Shown: positions 36,267-44,922 of the stretch, piece by piece
Position numbering within the stretch: the first letter of the stretch is position 1
Layout of the letters: every line of letters begins with the position of its first letter
From: Candidatus Nanopelagicales bacterium
GTDB lineage: Bacteria > Actinomycetota > Actinomycetes > Nanopelagicales > Nanopelagicaceae
Direction of reading: 5' to 3'
DNA: 64,000 bases
Assembly: GCA_038214925.1 (NCBI GenBank)
Contig: JBBQRL010000001.1
Location: 18,117 to 82,116, forward strand
Program-made: the position numbers and the translations under genes
Notes under the pieces: generated by a model
Told to the model about the DNA's origin: nothing
Seen by the model: the letters and a program-made list of their open reading frames with translations, nothing else
Databases searched by the model: none

Positions 36267-38147
36267 GTGGCAAGGCCAAGGCTCTTTACATTAAAGGCCG
36301 AAGTTGCAGCAGCACCTTCTGGCCCGAAAGCTGCCTTGCATCCATTTGTGCAAGTTCGGGTAGACACTGGCGTATTTCATCTAGACGGACTCTACGACTA
36401 TGTAGTGCCGGAAAAGTATTCTGAGGCTGTTGAAATAGGTGTGCGTATCCAAGTTCCGTTTGGGAACAAGGAAGTTGAAGCCATTGTTACCAGCAGATCT
36501 GATCAACCAACGTCAGCTGGTGAGATAAAGCCGATCACTAAGGTTTTGTCAGCTCATCCAATAGCAACGGTGCAATCACTTGCACTTTTCGACCGAATAG
36601 CGTTGAAGTTCTCGTGTAATCCATGGGACATAATCAGATCTGCTATCCCGCCCAGGGTCGTAAGTGTTGATAAAACTTTCATCCATACGGCTCAAGAGAT
36701 GGTAACAAACGGTACATCAAGTGAAGAATTTATTCAGTTTGCGCCATTTTTAGTTCCCCATTTTCAGGTTGTTAATCATGTCCAGACGGCGTTATCACAC
36801 GGTTCGGTTTTGGTTGTGGCGCCGGATGATCGAGATGTAGAACAGATCATTACATTTCTGCAAGAGCGTTCGGTGGTGGTATTAAAACTGACCGCCTCGA
36901 TGAATCGCGAAGAACGGTATCGGAATTTCTTAACGATTTTAAACAATCCGAATCTAGTAGTTGTTGGAACAAGAAGTGCGATCTTCGCGCCAGTTTCCGA
37001 TTTAGCAACCATTATTATCTTCAAAGAGTCATCTATTGATCATTACGAAGTGCGTTCACCGGGATGGAACACCAAGGCAGTTGCACATGATCGAGCCATC
37101 AATGAAGGTTTGAAATTACTCTTACTTGGCTTCTCACCATCCATAGAGGTCGCCCAGAAAATAGACAATCGCACCATTAAATTTGTGGGCACAAAGCAAG
37201 TGGTTGACGTGAAGGCCTTTACGCCAACAGATGGTGCATTACTACCGGGAAGGATTTTCACCGAAATCAGAAGTGCGGTGAAGAATGGTCCGGTACTTTT
37301 TTTAGCTGCCCGAAAGGGTTATGGAAATGCGCTGATCTGTGGGCATTGTAAAAACATTGCTCATTGTGAATGTGGTGGTCGACTACATGTTGTGGCGCGT
37401 AATCAAGCACCTACTTGTGTGCATTGCGGTAAGTCCTATGCGCCGTGGAGATGTTCCTTTTGTCATCGCGATAAACAATATCTTGCTGGTCGTGGCATCG
37501 AACGTGCCTCGGAAGAGATAGCTCGTGCTTTTCCCAATATTCCAGTTGTGATTTCGGCCGGTGAATCAATCAAGGATGTTATAGAACCGCAATCAGCTTT
37601 GGTTTTGGCAACTCCTGGCGCTCAACCCTTCGTACCAGGTGGATATGCCGCGGTCGTGTTGTTAGATGGAATTCGATTTTTCTCCCACACGGACTTGAGA
37701 ACCGCCGAACGGGCCCGTGAATTATTCTTTGAAACTGCTGCCATGATTAAAACAACTGGAAAAGTTCTGCTGGTAATCGATGATGTACACCCGATTGTTT
37801 CGGCCATCGCACGCTGGAATGTTGCGCCGTTAATAAAACGTGAATTGAGCGAGAGAAGTGATGTCAACCTGCCGCCCATTGTTGATTCGGCATTATTGAT
37901 CGTTGAGGATTCAGAGGCGTCAATCATCGCTCGAGGTCTTCGGGCTGCACACACAGATAATCGTTTGCCGCAGTCGGTCCAAATTTTAGGTCCAACAAGT
38001 ATTGGCAAAGAGAAATCAAAGATCGTTATTTTGTCGAGCTTTGATGATGGCGCAGCGTTGCGACAACTTTTGCATGAACTGCAACGCAAGCGGAGTATCG
38101 CTCGAAAACCACTGTTGACGGTTCGGTTGGCTCCATATTCACTATAA
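36267..38147 (+). CDS. priA: Primosomal protein N' (PriA) homologue lacking recognisable ATPase motifs
   Basis: N-terminal 3'-DNA-binding-like region, central Cys-rich Zn region (CGHCKNIAHCECGG...CVHCG...CSFCH), and a position between metK and def. No GxxGxGK[ST] Walker A. The DEEH position reads FKES. Confidence 0.85.
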   Translation: MARPRLFTLKAEVAAAPSGPKAALHPFVQVRVDTGVFHLDGLYDYVVPEKYSEAVEIGVRIQVPFGNKEVEAIVTSRSDQPTSAGEIKPITKVLSAHPIATVQSLALFDRIALKFSCNPWDIIRSAIPPRVVSVDKTFIHTAQEMVTNGTSSEEFIQFAPFLVPHFQVVNHVQTALSHGSVLVVAPDDRDVEQIITFLQERSVVVLKLTASMNREERYRNFLTILNNPNLVVVGTRSAIFAPVSDLATIIIFKESSIDHYEVRSPGWNTKAVAHDRAINEGLKLLLLGFSPSIEVAQKIDNRTIKFVGTKQVVDVKAFTPTDGALLPGRIFTEIRSAVKNGPVLFLAARKGYGNALICGHCKNIAHCECGGRLHVVARNQAPTCVHCGKSYAPWRCSFCHRDKQYLAGRGIERASEEIARAFPNIPVVISAGESIKDVIEPQSALVLATPGAQPFVPGGYAAVVLLDGIRFFSHTDLRTAERARELFFETAAMIKTTGKVLLVIDDVHPIVSAIARWNVAPLIKRELSERSDVNLPPIVDSALLIVEDSEASIIARGLRAAHTDNRLPQSVQILGPTSIGKEKSKIVILSSFDDGAALRQLLHELQRKRSIARKPLLTVRLAPYSL

Positions 38148-38167
38148 TCACTTGCTAGACTCAGCAG

Positions 38168-38728
38168 ATGTCGATTCAGGAGATTCGTTTTTTTGGTGAT
38201 CCAGTGCTCACCACACCGGCGGCACCGGTTCTCACCTTTGACAAAGAACTCAGAATTTTGATCGCAGATCTAACAGAAACGATGTTGGATGCACCAGGTG
38301 CCGGCCTAGCCGCTCCACAAATTGGTGTTGGGTTACGAGTTTTTGTATGGGATGTAGATGAACAACTAGGTCATTTGGTCAACCCAACTTTAGAACTCAG
38401 TGATGAAATGCAAGATGGAGATGAGGGGTGTTTATCTTTTCCAGAACTGCGCTATGAAACTCCACGAGCGATGCGAGCAGTCGCCAAGGGTTTCAATATG
38501 CATGGTGAACCGGTCACGATCGATGGCACAGAGTTTTTAGCCCGTGCCTTGCAGCATGAAAATGATCACCTTAACGGAATTCTTTTTATCGACAAACTCT
38601 CACCTGCTGATCGTAAGTTAGCGATGAAGGAGATTCGCGAATCGGATTGGTTCAATTTATCTGCTGAAGGCGGCAATCAGATTGAAGTAAAAGACTCACC
38701 ACATTCACTGTTTGGTCGGAATACTTAG
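38168..38728 (+). CDS. def: Peptide deformylase
   Basis: GLAAPQIG, EGCLSFP and HENDHLNG motifs. Confidence 0.95.
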   Translation: MSIQEIRFFGDPVLTTPAAPVLTFDKELRILIADLTETMLDAPGAGLAAPQIGVGLRVFVWDVDEQLGHLVNPTLELSDEMQDGDEGCLSFPELRYETPRAMRAVAKGFNMHGEPVTIDGTEFLARALQHENDHLNGILFIDKLSPADRKLAMKEIRESDWFNLSAEGGNQIEVKDSPHSLFGRNT

Positions 38729-39636
38729 TGCGTTTGGCCGTGGCCGCGACACCCGATGTAGCCATTCCCGCACTTGATTGGTTACTCAATTCAAAGCATG
38801 AGATTGCAACAATTATTACCCAACCCGATCGACCGGTTGGACGTGGTCGAACTTTATCGCCGACGATCGTTTCCCGGTGGGCAAGTGAACATTCGGTCCC
38901 AGTATTTAAACCGGCTCATCCTAATGAATTGCAAGGCTTGCTTTCGCAATTAGATTTGGTGATCACGATTGGTTATGGCGTATTACTCCCAGTTGAGATC
39001 TTGAGTATTCCCCGCCATGGTTTTCTCAATCTCCATTTCTCGCTGCTTCCGGCATATCGCGGTGCAGCACCTGCCCAACGTGCCTTGGAAAACGGTGAGA
39101 GCGCTACCGGAGTTACGGTTTTCCAACTCGATAAAGGTATGGATACGGGACCTATTTTTACTCAAAAAAATATAGTCATAGATCCTAGGTGGCGATCTCT
39201 TGAGCTGTTACAACATCTTTCGATCTTGGGCGTCAGTGCGCTCTCTGATGCACTCGAGATGATTGAATCAGGTCAATCTCCGACGCCACAAGTTGGCATA
39301 TCCTCGTTGGCACCAAAGATTAGTAAAGAGCAAGCGCGATTAGATTTTTCCCTCACTGCCCATGGTGTAGTAAATCGTATCCGAGCTTTTACTCCATCAC
39401 CTGGTAGTTGGACGGTGTGGAGTGGTGAAGTTTTTAAGATATCTAATGCCATAGTTGCACAGGGTGATGGAATGCAACCGGGCCAGATCTTTATCAAGGA
39501 ATCTGCAATCTTTGTCCAGTGCGGTCAGGAAAGTGCGATTGAGTTACTCGAAGTTACGCCTTCTGGAAAGAAAGAGATGTCTGCCATTGATTGGTCACGT
39601 GGGGCGCGATTAATTGGTGGTGAGTATTTTGGTTGA
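38728..39636 (+). CDS. fmt: Methionyl-tRNA formyltransferase
   Basis: ..NLHFSLLPAYRGAAPAQRA.. formyltransferase motif. Conserved def-fmt order. Confidence 0.95.
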   Translation: MRLAVAATPDVAIPALDWLLNSKHEIATIITQPDRPVGRGRTLSPTIVSRWASEHSVPVFKPAHPNELQGLLSQLDLVITIGYGVLLPVEILSIPRHGFLNLHFSLLPAYRGAAPAQRALENGESATGVTVFQLDKGMDTGPIFTQKNIVIDPRWRSLELLQHLSILGVSALSDALEMIESGQSPTPQVGISSLAPKISKEQARLDFSLTAHGVVNRIRAFTPSPGSWTVWSGEVFKISNAIVAQGDGMQPGQIFIKESAIFVQCGQESAIELLEVTPSGKKEMSAIDWSRGARLIGGEYFG

Positions 39637-40984
39637 AGCTCGTCGCAATACTTTCAAGTCACCTAAACCCGATGCTTCCCGCTTATTGGCCTTTGACCTA
39701 CTCACTGAAGTAAATAGAAATCAAGGTTATTCAAATCTCTTACTGCCACAGGCACTTAACAACAGTAAACTCGATGATCGTGATCGCGCACTAGTCACCG
39801 AACTTTTATATGGAACTATCAGAATGCAGGGTAAACACGACTGGATTCTCGCCCAGATTAGTGATCGTCCGTGGCATGAAGTAGATCCTGGAATCGTTGA
39901 TATCGCTCGATTAGGGGTGCACCAACTTCACGAAATGCGAATCCCTGATCATGCCGCCGTGGCCGCCACCGTAGAGGTAGCTCGTAAACGAGTGGGTGAG
40001 TCAAAAGCTAGCTTCGTAAACGCACTGCTTCGAACAGTTACACGAACCAGCATCGAAGATTGGTTTGCGCCATTAGCAGCAATCAGTGATCCAGTTGAGC
40101 GTTTTGCGATTCAATATTCACACCCAGAGTGGATCATCTCCTCGTACTTTGATCTGTTAAAGGATTGGGATGAAGTTGAAGCGGCACTTCGTATTAATAA
40201 TGAGCCAGCAACTCCAACATTGGTTTCATGGCCAGGTTTTTCTACCGTGTCAGATCTGGAATCTATTGGGGGAGAGCCCACTACGTATTCGCAATTCGGT
40301 GCACATTGGAAAGGTAATCCCGGTGCCTTAGATCTCATCAAATCACGTTCGATCGGTGTGCAAGATGAAGGCTCTCAACTTGTCGCGCAGGTATTTGCTA
40401 AGGCTGCAACTGGAAATATCTGGTTAGACATGTGTGCTGGTCCTGGTGGGAAAGCGGCACTACTTTCAAGTATTGCTCGCACTAGATCTATTTCGTTTAT
40501 TGCCAATGAAGTATCAGCTATTCGCGCTGATTTAGTACGGCAAGTGGTTCATGGCGATCAAGTAATGGTTGGTGATGGCCGAGAAATTGGCGCTGGTGAT
40601 CAAAAATTTGATGGGATTTTAATCGACGCGCCTTGCACTGGGTTGGGTGCACTACGTCGGCGACCAGAAGTTAGATGGCGCAGAACGTTGCAGGATCTTC
40701 GTGAGTTAACACAGTTACAACGTGAACTAATTGATTCAGCTATACATGCACTGAGTAATGGAGGGACCTTGGGTTATGCAACCTGTTCGCCACACGTTGC
40801 CGAGACAACTGTTCAAGTAAATGAAATTTTAAAACGTTACCCCTCAATGAAATTAATTCCGGTCGCGCCTTACCTGCCCGAGAATCTGCATGGGGCTGAT
40901 CGCGCCGGAGCCATGTCGCTGTGGACACACAAACACGGCACAGATGCCATGTATTTGGCGATTTTGAGAAAAGATAAAGGATAA
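39614..40984 (+). CDS. rsmB: 16S rRNA (cytosine967-C5)-methyltransferase RsmB/Sun
   Basis: NusB-like N-domain, SAM MTase motifs (DMCAGPGGK, DAPCTGLGALRRRPE, YATCS). The start is uncertain: TTG or GTG cluster at 39614-39629. Confidence 0.88.
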   Translation: MVVSILVEARRNTFKSPKPDASRLLAFDLLTEVNRNQGYSNLLLPQALNNSKLDDRDRALVTELLYGTIRMQGKHDWILAQISDRPWHEVDPGIVDIARLGVHQLHEMRIPDHAAVAATVEVARKRVGESKASFVNALLRTVTRTSIEDWFAPLAAISDPVERFAIQYSHPEWIISSYFDLLKDWDEVEAALRINNEPATPTLVSWPGFSTVSDLESIGGEPTTYSQFGAHWKGNPGALDLIKSRSIGVQDEGSQLVAQVFAKAATGNIWLDMCAGPGGKAALLSSIARTRSISFIANEVSAIRADLVRQVVHGDQVMVGDGREIGAGDQKFDGILIDAPCTGLGALRRRPEVRWRRTLQDLRELTQLQRELIDSAIHALSNGGTLGYATCSPHVAETTVQVNEILKRYPSMKLIPVAPYLPENLHGADRAGAMSLWTHKHGTDAMYLAILRKDKG

Positions 40985-40993
40985 AATTTCGCC

Positions 40994-41662
40994 ATGAGTA
41001 GCCATATTCGGATCACGCCTAGCATTCTCAACGCGGATTTAAGTAATTTGAAAAGTGAGATAGCCCGAATTGCCGAAGTCTCAGATCTAGTTCATCTAGA
41101 CGTCATGGATAATATCTTTGTTCCTAATTTTACTTTTGATTTTGAGAACGCCTCTAAAATAATTGCCGAGTCAGTCTTGCCAGTTGATGCTCACCTGATG
41201 GTTGCCAACGTTGATCAGATCGCGGTTGAGTATGCAGAGTTAGGGTGTGCATCGGTAACCATTCACGCCGAAGCTACATCAGATATTGGGCAAACATTGA
41301 AAAATATTCGAGCCGCTGGCTCAAGATCTGGCCTCGGAATAAAACCAGGCACAGAAATCGATACATATGCCGGCTTCATAGACGATGTAGATATGTTTTT
41401 GATTATGACGGTAGAACCTGGATTTGGTGGTCAGAAGTTCATGCATGAAATGCTGCCTAAAGTAGCGCGAACTCGAAAGTTGATTGGTGATCGACCTATC
41501 TGGCTGCAAGTCGACGGCGGAATCTCGCTAGCAACTATTGAAATTGCATTAGAAGCAGGGGCAGATACTTTTGTTGTGGGCAGCGCCGTCTTCAACGCAA
41601 GCGATCCGGCAGAAATGGTGCGATCGATTCGTGCATTAGCAGAAAGTCACATCTCTTCTTAG
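40994..41662 (+). CDS. rpe: Ribulose-phosphate 3-epimerase
   Basis: ..PSILNADL.., HLDVMD, MTVEPGFGGQKF and VDGGI motifs. Confidence 0.95.
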   Translation: MSSHIRITPSILNADLSNLKSEIARIAEVSDLVHLDVMDNIFVPNFTFDFENASKIIAESVLPVDAHLMVANVDQIAVEYAELGCASVTIHAEATSDIGQTLKNIRAAGSRSGLGIKPGTEIDTYAGFIDDVDMFLIMTVEPGFGGQKFMHEMLPKVARTRKLIGDRPIWLQVDGGISLATIEIALEAGADTFVVGSAVFNASDPAEMVRSIRALAESHISS

Positions 41663-41707
41663 TCTAATTAGTCACCTTCATCTACCTGCGTCGAGTAAAC
41701 TCACCAC

Positions 41708-41971
41708 ATGAAGAGTTTCGAAAGTTTGTGGGCAGAACTCAACGAGATCGCAATAGCGAGGCCAGGAAATTCATCAACCGTAAGCTCCCTTGATGCTGGT
41801 GTGCATTCGATCGGTAAGAAGATTCTCGAAGAAGCCGGCGAGGTCTGGTTGGCTGCTGAGCATGAATCAGATGAGGCCCTGGCCGAAGAAATAAGCCAGC
41901 TCTTGTATCACTTACAAGTTTTAATGATTAAGCGGGGCCTGTCCATCGATGATGTAAATAAGTTCCTTTAA
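41708..41971 (+). CDS. hisE: Phosphoribosyl-ATP pyrophosphatase
   Basis: 87 aa. ..[13 protein letters not shown]....[14 protein letters not shown].. MazG-like HisE signature. Upstream of hisG. Confidence 0.92.
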   Translation: MKSFESLWAELNEIAIARPGNSSTVSSLDAGVHSIGKKILEEAGEVWLAAEHESDEALAEEISQLLYHLQVLMIKRGLSIDDVNKFL

Positions 41972-41988
41972 GATTTTAGGAGAGATAG

Positions 41989-42834
41989 ATGTTACGTATC
42001 GCCGTTCCCAATAAAGGTTCGCTAGCCGAGCTTTCCATCGCTATTCTCAAAGAGGCTGGCTATCGACAACGCACTGATAGTCGTGACTTGATTCTTACTG
42101 ATGTTGAAAATGGCGTCGAGTTTTACTATTTACGCCCACGCGATATCGCAGTCTATGTTGGCTCAGGTGAACTTGAAGCTGGTATTACGGGGCGAGATTT
42201 ATTAATCGATTCGGGTGCGCCGGCCGATGAGATTTTAAGTTTAGATTTTGGTGGTTCAACTTTTCGATTTGCCGGCTCAGCCGAGAAGGATTGGACGATC
42301 GCCGATATCGCTGGAAAGCGCGTTGCTACTGCATATCCTGGATTGGTGGCGCACAGTTTGAACGAACTGAAAATAAAAGCTGAGATCGTTCGACTAGATG
42401 GAGCTGTTGAAAGCAGTGTCCGTTTAGGCGTGGCCGATCTCATTGCCGATGTCGTCAGCACTGGAAACACATTACGACAAGCGGGCTTGAAAATATTCGG
42501 TGAAGCTATCCTTACAAGTGAGGCGATTGTTATTGCCCGCGATAAAAATAAAATTGTTCCAGAGCTTGAAGTTGTGATGCGCCGACTGCAAGGTGTCGTA
42601 ACCGCTCGTCGCTATGTTCTCCTTGATTACGATATTCCAAAGTCGTTAGTGGATGCCGCGTGTGCGATTACTCCCGGTTTGGAATCTCCAACTATTTCGC
42701 CGTTACAGAAAGTCGATTGGGTAGCAGTTCGTGCCATGGTTTTGCGAAAAGAAACTAACCAAGTGATGGATCAATTGTGGGCGATAGGTGCACGTGGAAT
42801 TTTAGTAACCGATATTCACGCCTGCCGCCTTTAG
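41989..42834 (+). CDS. hisG: ATP phosphoribosyltransferase (long form)
   Basis: MLRIAVPNKGSL.. N-terminus, ..DLIADVVSTGNTLR.. motif, and a C-terminal regulatory domain. 281 aa. Confidence 0.95.
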   Translation: MLRIAVPNKGSLAELSIAILKEAGYRQRTDSRDLILTDVENGVEFYYLRPRDIAVYVGSGELEAGITGRDLLIDSGAPADEILSLDFGGSTFRFAGSAEKDWTIADIAGKRVATAYPGLVAHSLNELKIKAEIVRLDGAVESSVRLGVADLIADVVSTGNTLRQAGLKIFGEAILTSEAIVIARDKNKIVPELEVVMRRLQGVVTARRYVLLDYDIPKSLVDAACAITPGLESPTISPLQKVDWVAVRAMVLRKETNQVMDQLWAIGARGILVTDIHACRL

Positions 42835-43475
42835 TTCAGACCGATAATCTCCATTACTGACCTGAGTGATGGTTCCTTAATTGAAAAATCAGCGGATTGT
42901 TCGACGATCGACTTTGCGTTAAAGGCGATGCTAATTTCGGCAATCTCCATCATCCCTAAATCATTTGCACCATCTCCAATAGCTACCGTGTTCGACATAT
43001 CAACACCAGCAAGTTCGGCAAATTCGCGCAGTGCCACAGCTTTGGCGTTGCGATCAATAATCGCCCCGACAACGTTTCCAGTTAAGAATCCGTCGATGAT
43101 TTCAAGTTCATTTGCGCGAAAGTAATCGATTGCTAGCTCGGTCACCGTATCTTGCATAATCTGGCGAAAACCACCCGAGACTAGAGCAACGGCATGTCCA
43201 CGCTGGTGCAACGCTTGCACTAATTCGAGTGCACCATCAGTGAGTTTTATTTCTTGGGAGACTTCTCGGATTACGTCTTCGGGCAGCCCCTTAAGCAACT
43301 TCAGCCGAGCGATTAGACTTTCTGAAAAATCTAATTCCCCACGCATCGCTGCCTCGGTTATTGTAGAAACTTGTTCAAGGACACCGGCCCTATTAGCTAG
43401 TAATTCAATTGCCTCTTGTTGGATAAATGTTGAATCGACATCTAATTGAATCAGCCATTTGACCGTTGAACTCAT
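42831..43475 (-). CDS. serB: Phosphoserine phosphatase (HAD, SerB catalytic domain only)
   Basis: HAD motif I DVDSTFI, ..VSGGF.. and ..GDGANDL... 214 aa. The start ATG overlaps the stop of the upstream ACT ORF (ATGA). Confidence 0.9.
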   Translation of the reverse strand: MSSTVKWLIQLDVDSTFIQQEAIELLANRAGVLEQVSTITEAAMRGELDFSESLIARLKLLKGLPEDVIREVSQEIKLTDGALELVQALHQRGHAVALVSGGFRQIMQDTVTELAIDYFRANELEIIDGFLTGNVVGAIIDRNAKAVALREFAELAGVDMSNTVAIGDGANDLGMMEIAEISIAFNAKSIVEQSADFSIKEPSLRSVMEIIGLN

Positions 43476-43993
43476 ATCGATCTCACGACAAATGTTGGCT
43501 TATCCTCAAAATTGAGTGACTCAAGGGCGGCCAGTATCAAATCTTCCGATCCACCTGAAACGCGTAGCTCCACGATTATTGGAGAAGTTGATCTTCGAGC
43601 TATTGCTTCGATATTTAGATTCAATTCCAGAAGTTTTTCGGTAATCAATTTGAGATCATGTGGATGCAATTTAGCTTTTGAAACGAGAATCGAGACCAAG
43701 TCTGGTACCTGTTGTGAAGGGGTTTTTTTACCAAATAGAACTGCAATATCAACATCGGAATGTGCGGCAAAGGTATTGAGATCTGTTTCGATGGCACCTT
43801 GATGAGCTGAATTAAGAGCAATTAGGGCGGTCAGGACTATTCGATCGCTAATGACTAACTGCTCAACATCAAGAATCTCGATTGAAAAATCGGCGAGAGC
43901 GGAGAAAAGGCCGTGCGCAATTCCTGGTTTATCGTCACCGGTTAAAAGGATTAAGCCAGTGAATTTCTCGTGCGTTACTGAATTCTCACTCAT
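43472..43993 (-). CDS. Tandem ACT-domain protein (corresponds to the N-terminal regulatory half of SerB2-type enzymes)
   Basis: Two ACT-like beta-alpha-beta-beta-alpha-beta segments (..ILLTGDDKPGIAHGLFSAL.. and ..SILVSKAKLHPHDLKLITEKL..). The ATG at 43993 is preferred over 44017. Confidence 0.7.
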   Translation of the reverse strand: MSENSVTHEKFTGLILLTGDDKPGIAHGLFSALADFSIEILDVEQLVISDRIVLTALIALNSAHQGAIETDLNTFAAHSDVDIAVLFGKKTPSQQVPDLVSILVSKAKLHPHDLKLITEKLLELNLNIEAIARRSTSPIIVELRVSGGSEDLILAALESLNFEDKPTFVVRSI

Positions 43994-44077
43994 AAGCAGA
44001 AGTTTATCGTGAATCACCTACCTCTTGAGCGAGGCTTTACCCCAAAGTGGCTGGTAGAGGCACTATCTTTTGCATCT

Positions 44078-44869
44078 ATGAATAACCGAACTGTTCTCTC
44101 GCTTCGCGAAGTATCAGTGCGTCGAGGTGAGGCAACCATTCTCGGCCCAATTAATTTTGAAATTACGCAGGGCGAGCGTTGGGTAATTTTGGGTCCAAAC
44201 GGGGCGGGTAAGTCGACCTTGCTGCAGGTTCTAGCAACAAAAATATTTCCCACTATGGGTTCGGTTCAGGTGCTTGATCGCACTATGGGGCAAGTTGATC
44301 TCTTTGAACTACGAACTCGGATCGGGTTATGTGGTTCAATAATTTCTGAAGAGATTCCGCACGACGAATTAGTGAAGGATGTTGTATTGACGGCAGCCTA
44401 TGCAATCGTTGGTCGATGGAATGAAAATTACGATTTATGGGATGAATCTCGCGCGCTTGCATTACTGACAACTTTTGGAGTGCGCGAGTTAGGTGATCGC
44501 CGCTATGGCACCCTGAGTGAAGGGGAGAAGAAACGGGTACAGATTTCACGCGCTTTAATGACTGACCCAGAATTACTCTTACTCGATGAACCAGCAGCTG
44601 GTTTAGATCTAGGTGGCCGGGAGGATTTACTCCAGCGATTTGCCGATTTTTCACTTGATCCAGCTGCGCCGGCAACTATTTTGGTAACACATCACATTGA
44701 AGAGATCCCGATAGGTTCAACCCACGCACTATTGCTCAAAGATGGCGTTATCGCTGTAAGTGGCCCAATTGAGCAGGTTGTGACAAGTGAACATATTTCA
44801 GCGGTATTTGATACTGGGATTACCGTTTCTGTTGATGCTGGTCGTTATTTTGCCAGAGCTAGCAAGTAG
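44078..44869 (+). CDS. Orphan ABC transporter ATP-binding protein (ModF/YlmA-like)
   Basis: Walker A GPNGAGKST, signature LSEGEKKR, Walker B LLLLDEP, H-loop THH. No permease gene is adjacent. Confidence 0.88.
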   Translation: MNNRTVLSLREVSVRRGEATILGPINFEITQGERWVILGPNGAGKSTLLQVLATKIFPTMGSVQVLDRTMGQVDLFELRTRIGLCGSIISEEIPHDELVKDVVLTAAYAIVGRWNENYDLWDESRALALLTTFGVRELGDRRYGTLSEGEKKRVQISRALMTDPELLLLDEPAAGLDLGGREDLLQRFADFSLDPAAPATILVTHHIEEIPIGSTHALLLKDGVIAVSGPIEQVVTSEHISAVFDTGITVSVDAGRYFARASK

Positions 44870-44874
44870 ATATT

Positions 44875-44907
44875 AAAAAAGGCCCCCAGTTTCCTGGAGG
44901 CCTTTTT
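44875..44907. terminator. Bidirectional intrinsic terminator between convergent genes
   Basis: A6 (44875-80), then stem GGCCCCCAG (44881-89), loop TTTC, stem CTGGAGGCC (44894-902, one mismatch), then T5 (44903-07). Confidence 0.7.
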
Positions 44908-44922
44908 AATATTTTTCTTAGA

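Noticed and set aside
37622-38089. A 155-aa ORF antisense to priA. Similar long antisense ORFs occur at 856-1245, 19964-20332, 23572-23904, 44283-44675, 46094-46462 and 6541-6897.
   Set aside because: All lie fully inside well-supported conserved genes on the opposite strand. They have Ser/Arg/Ala/Pro-rich, low-complexity translations typical of shadow frames. They lack SD or leaderless promoter geometry. They resemble no protein family I recognise.
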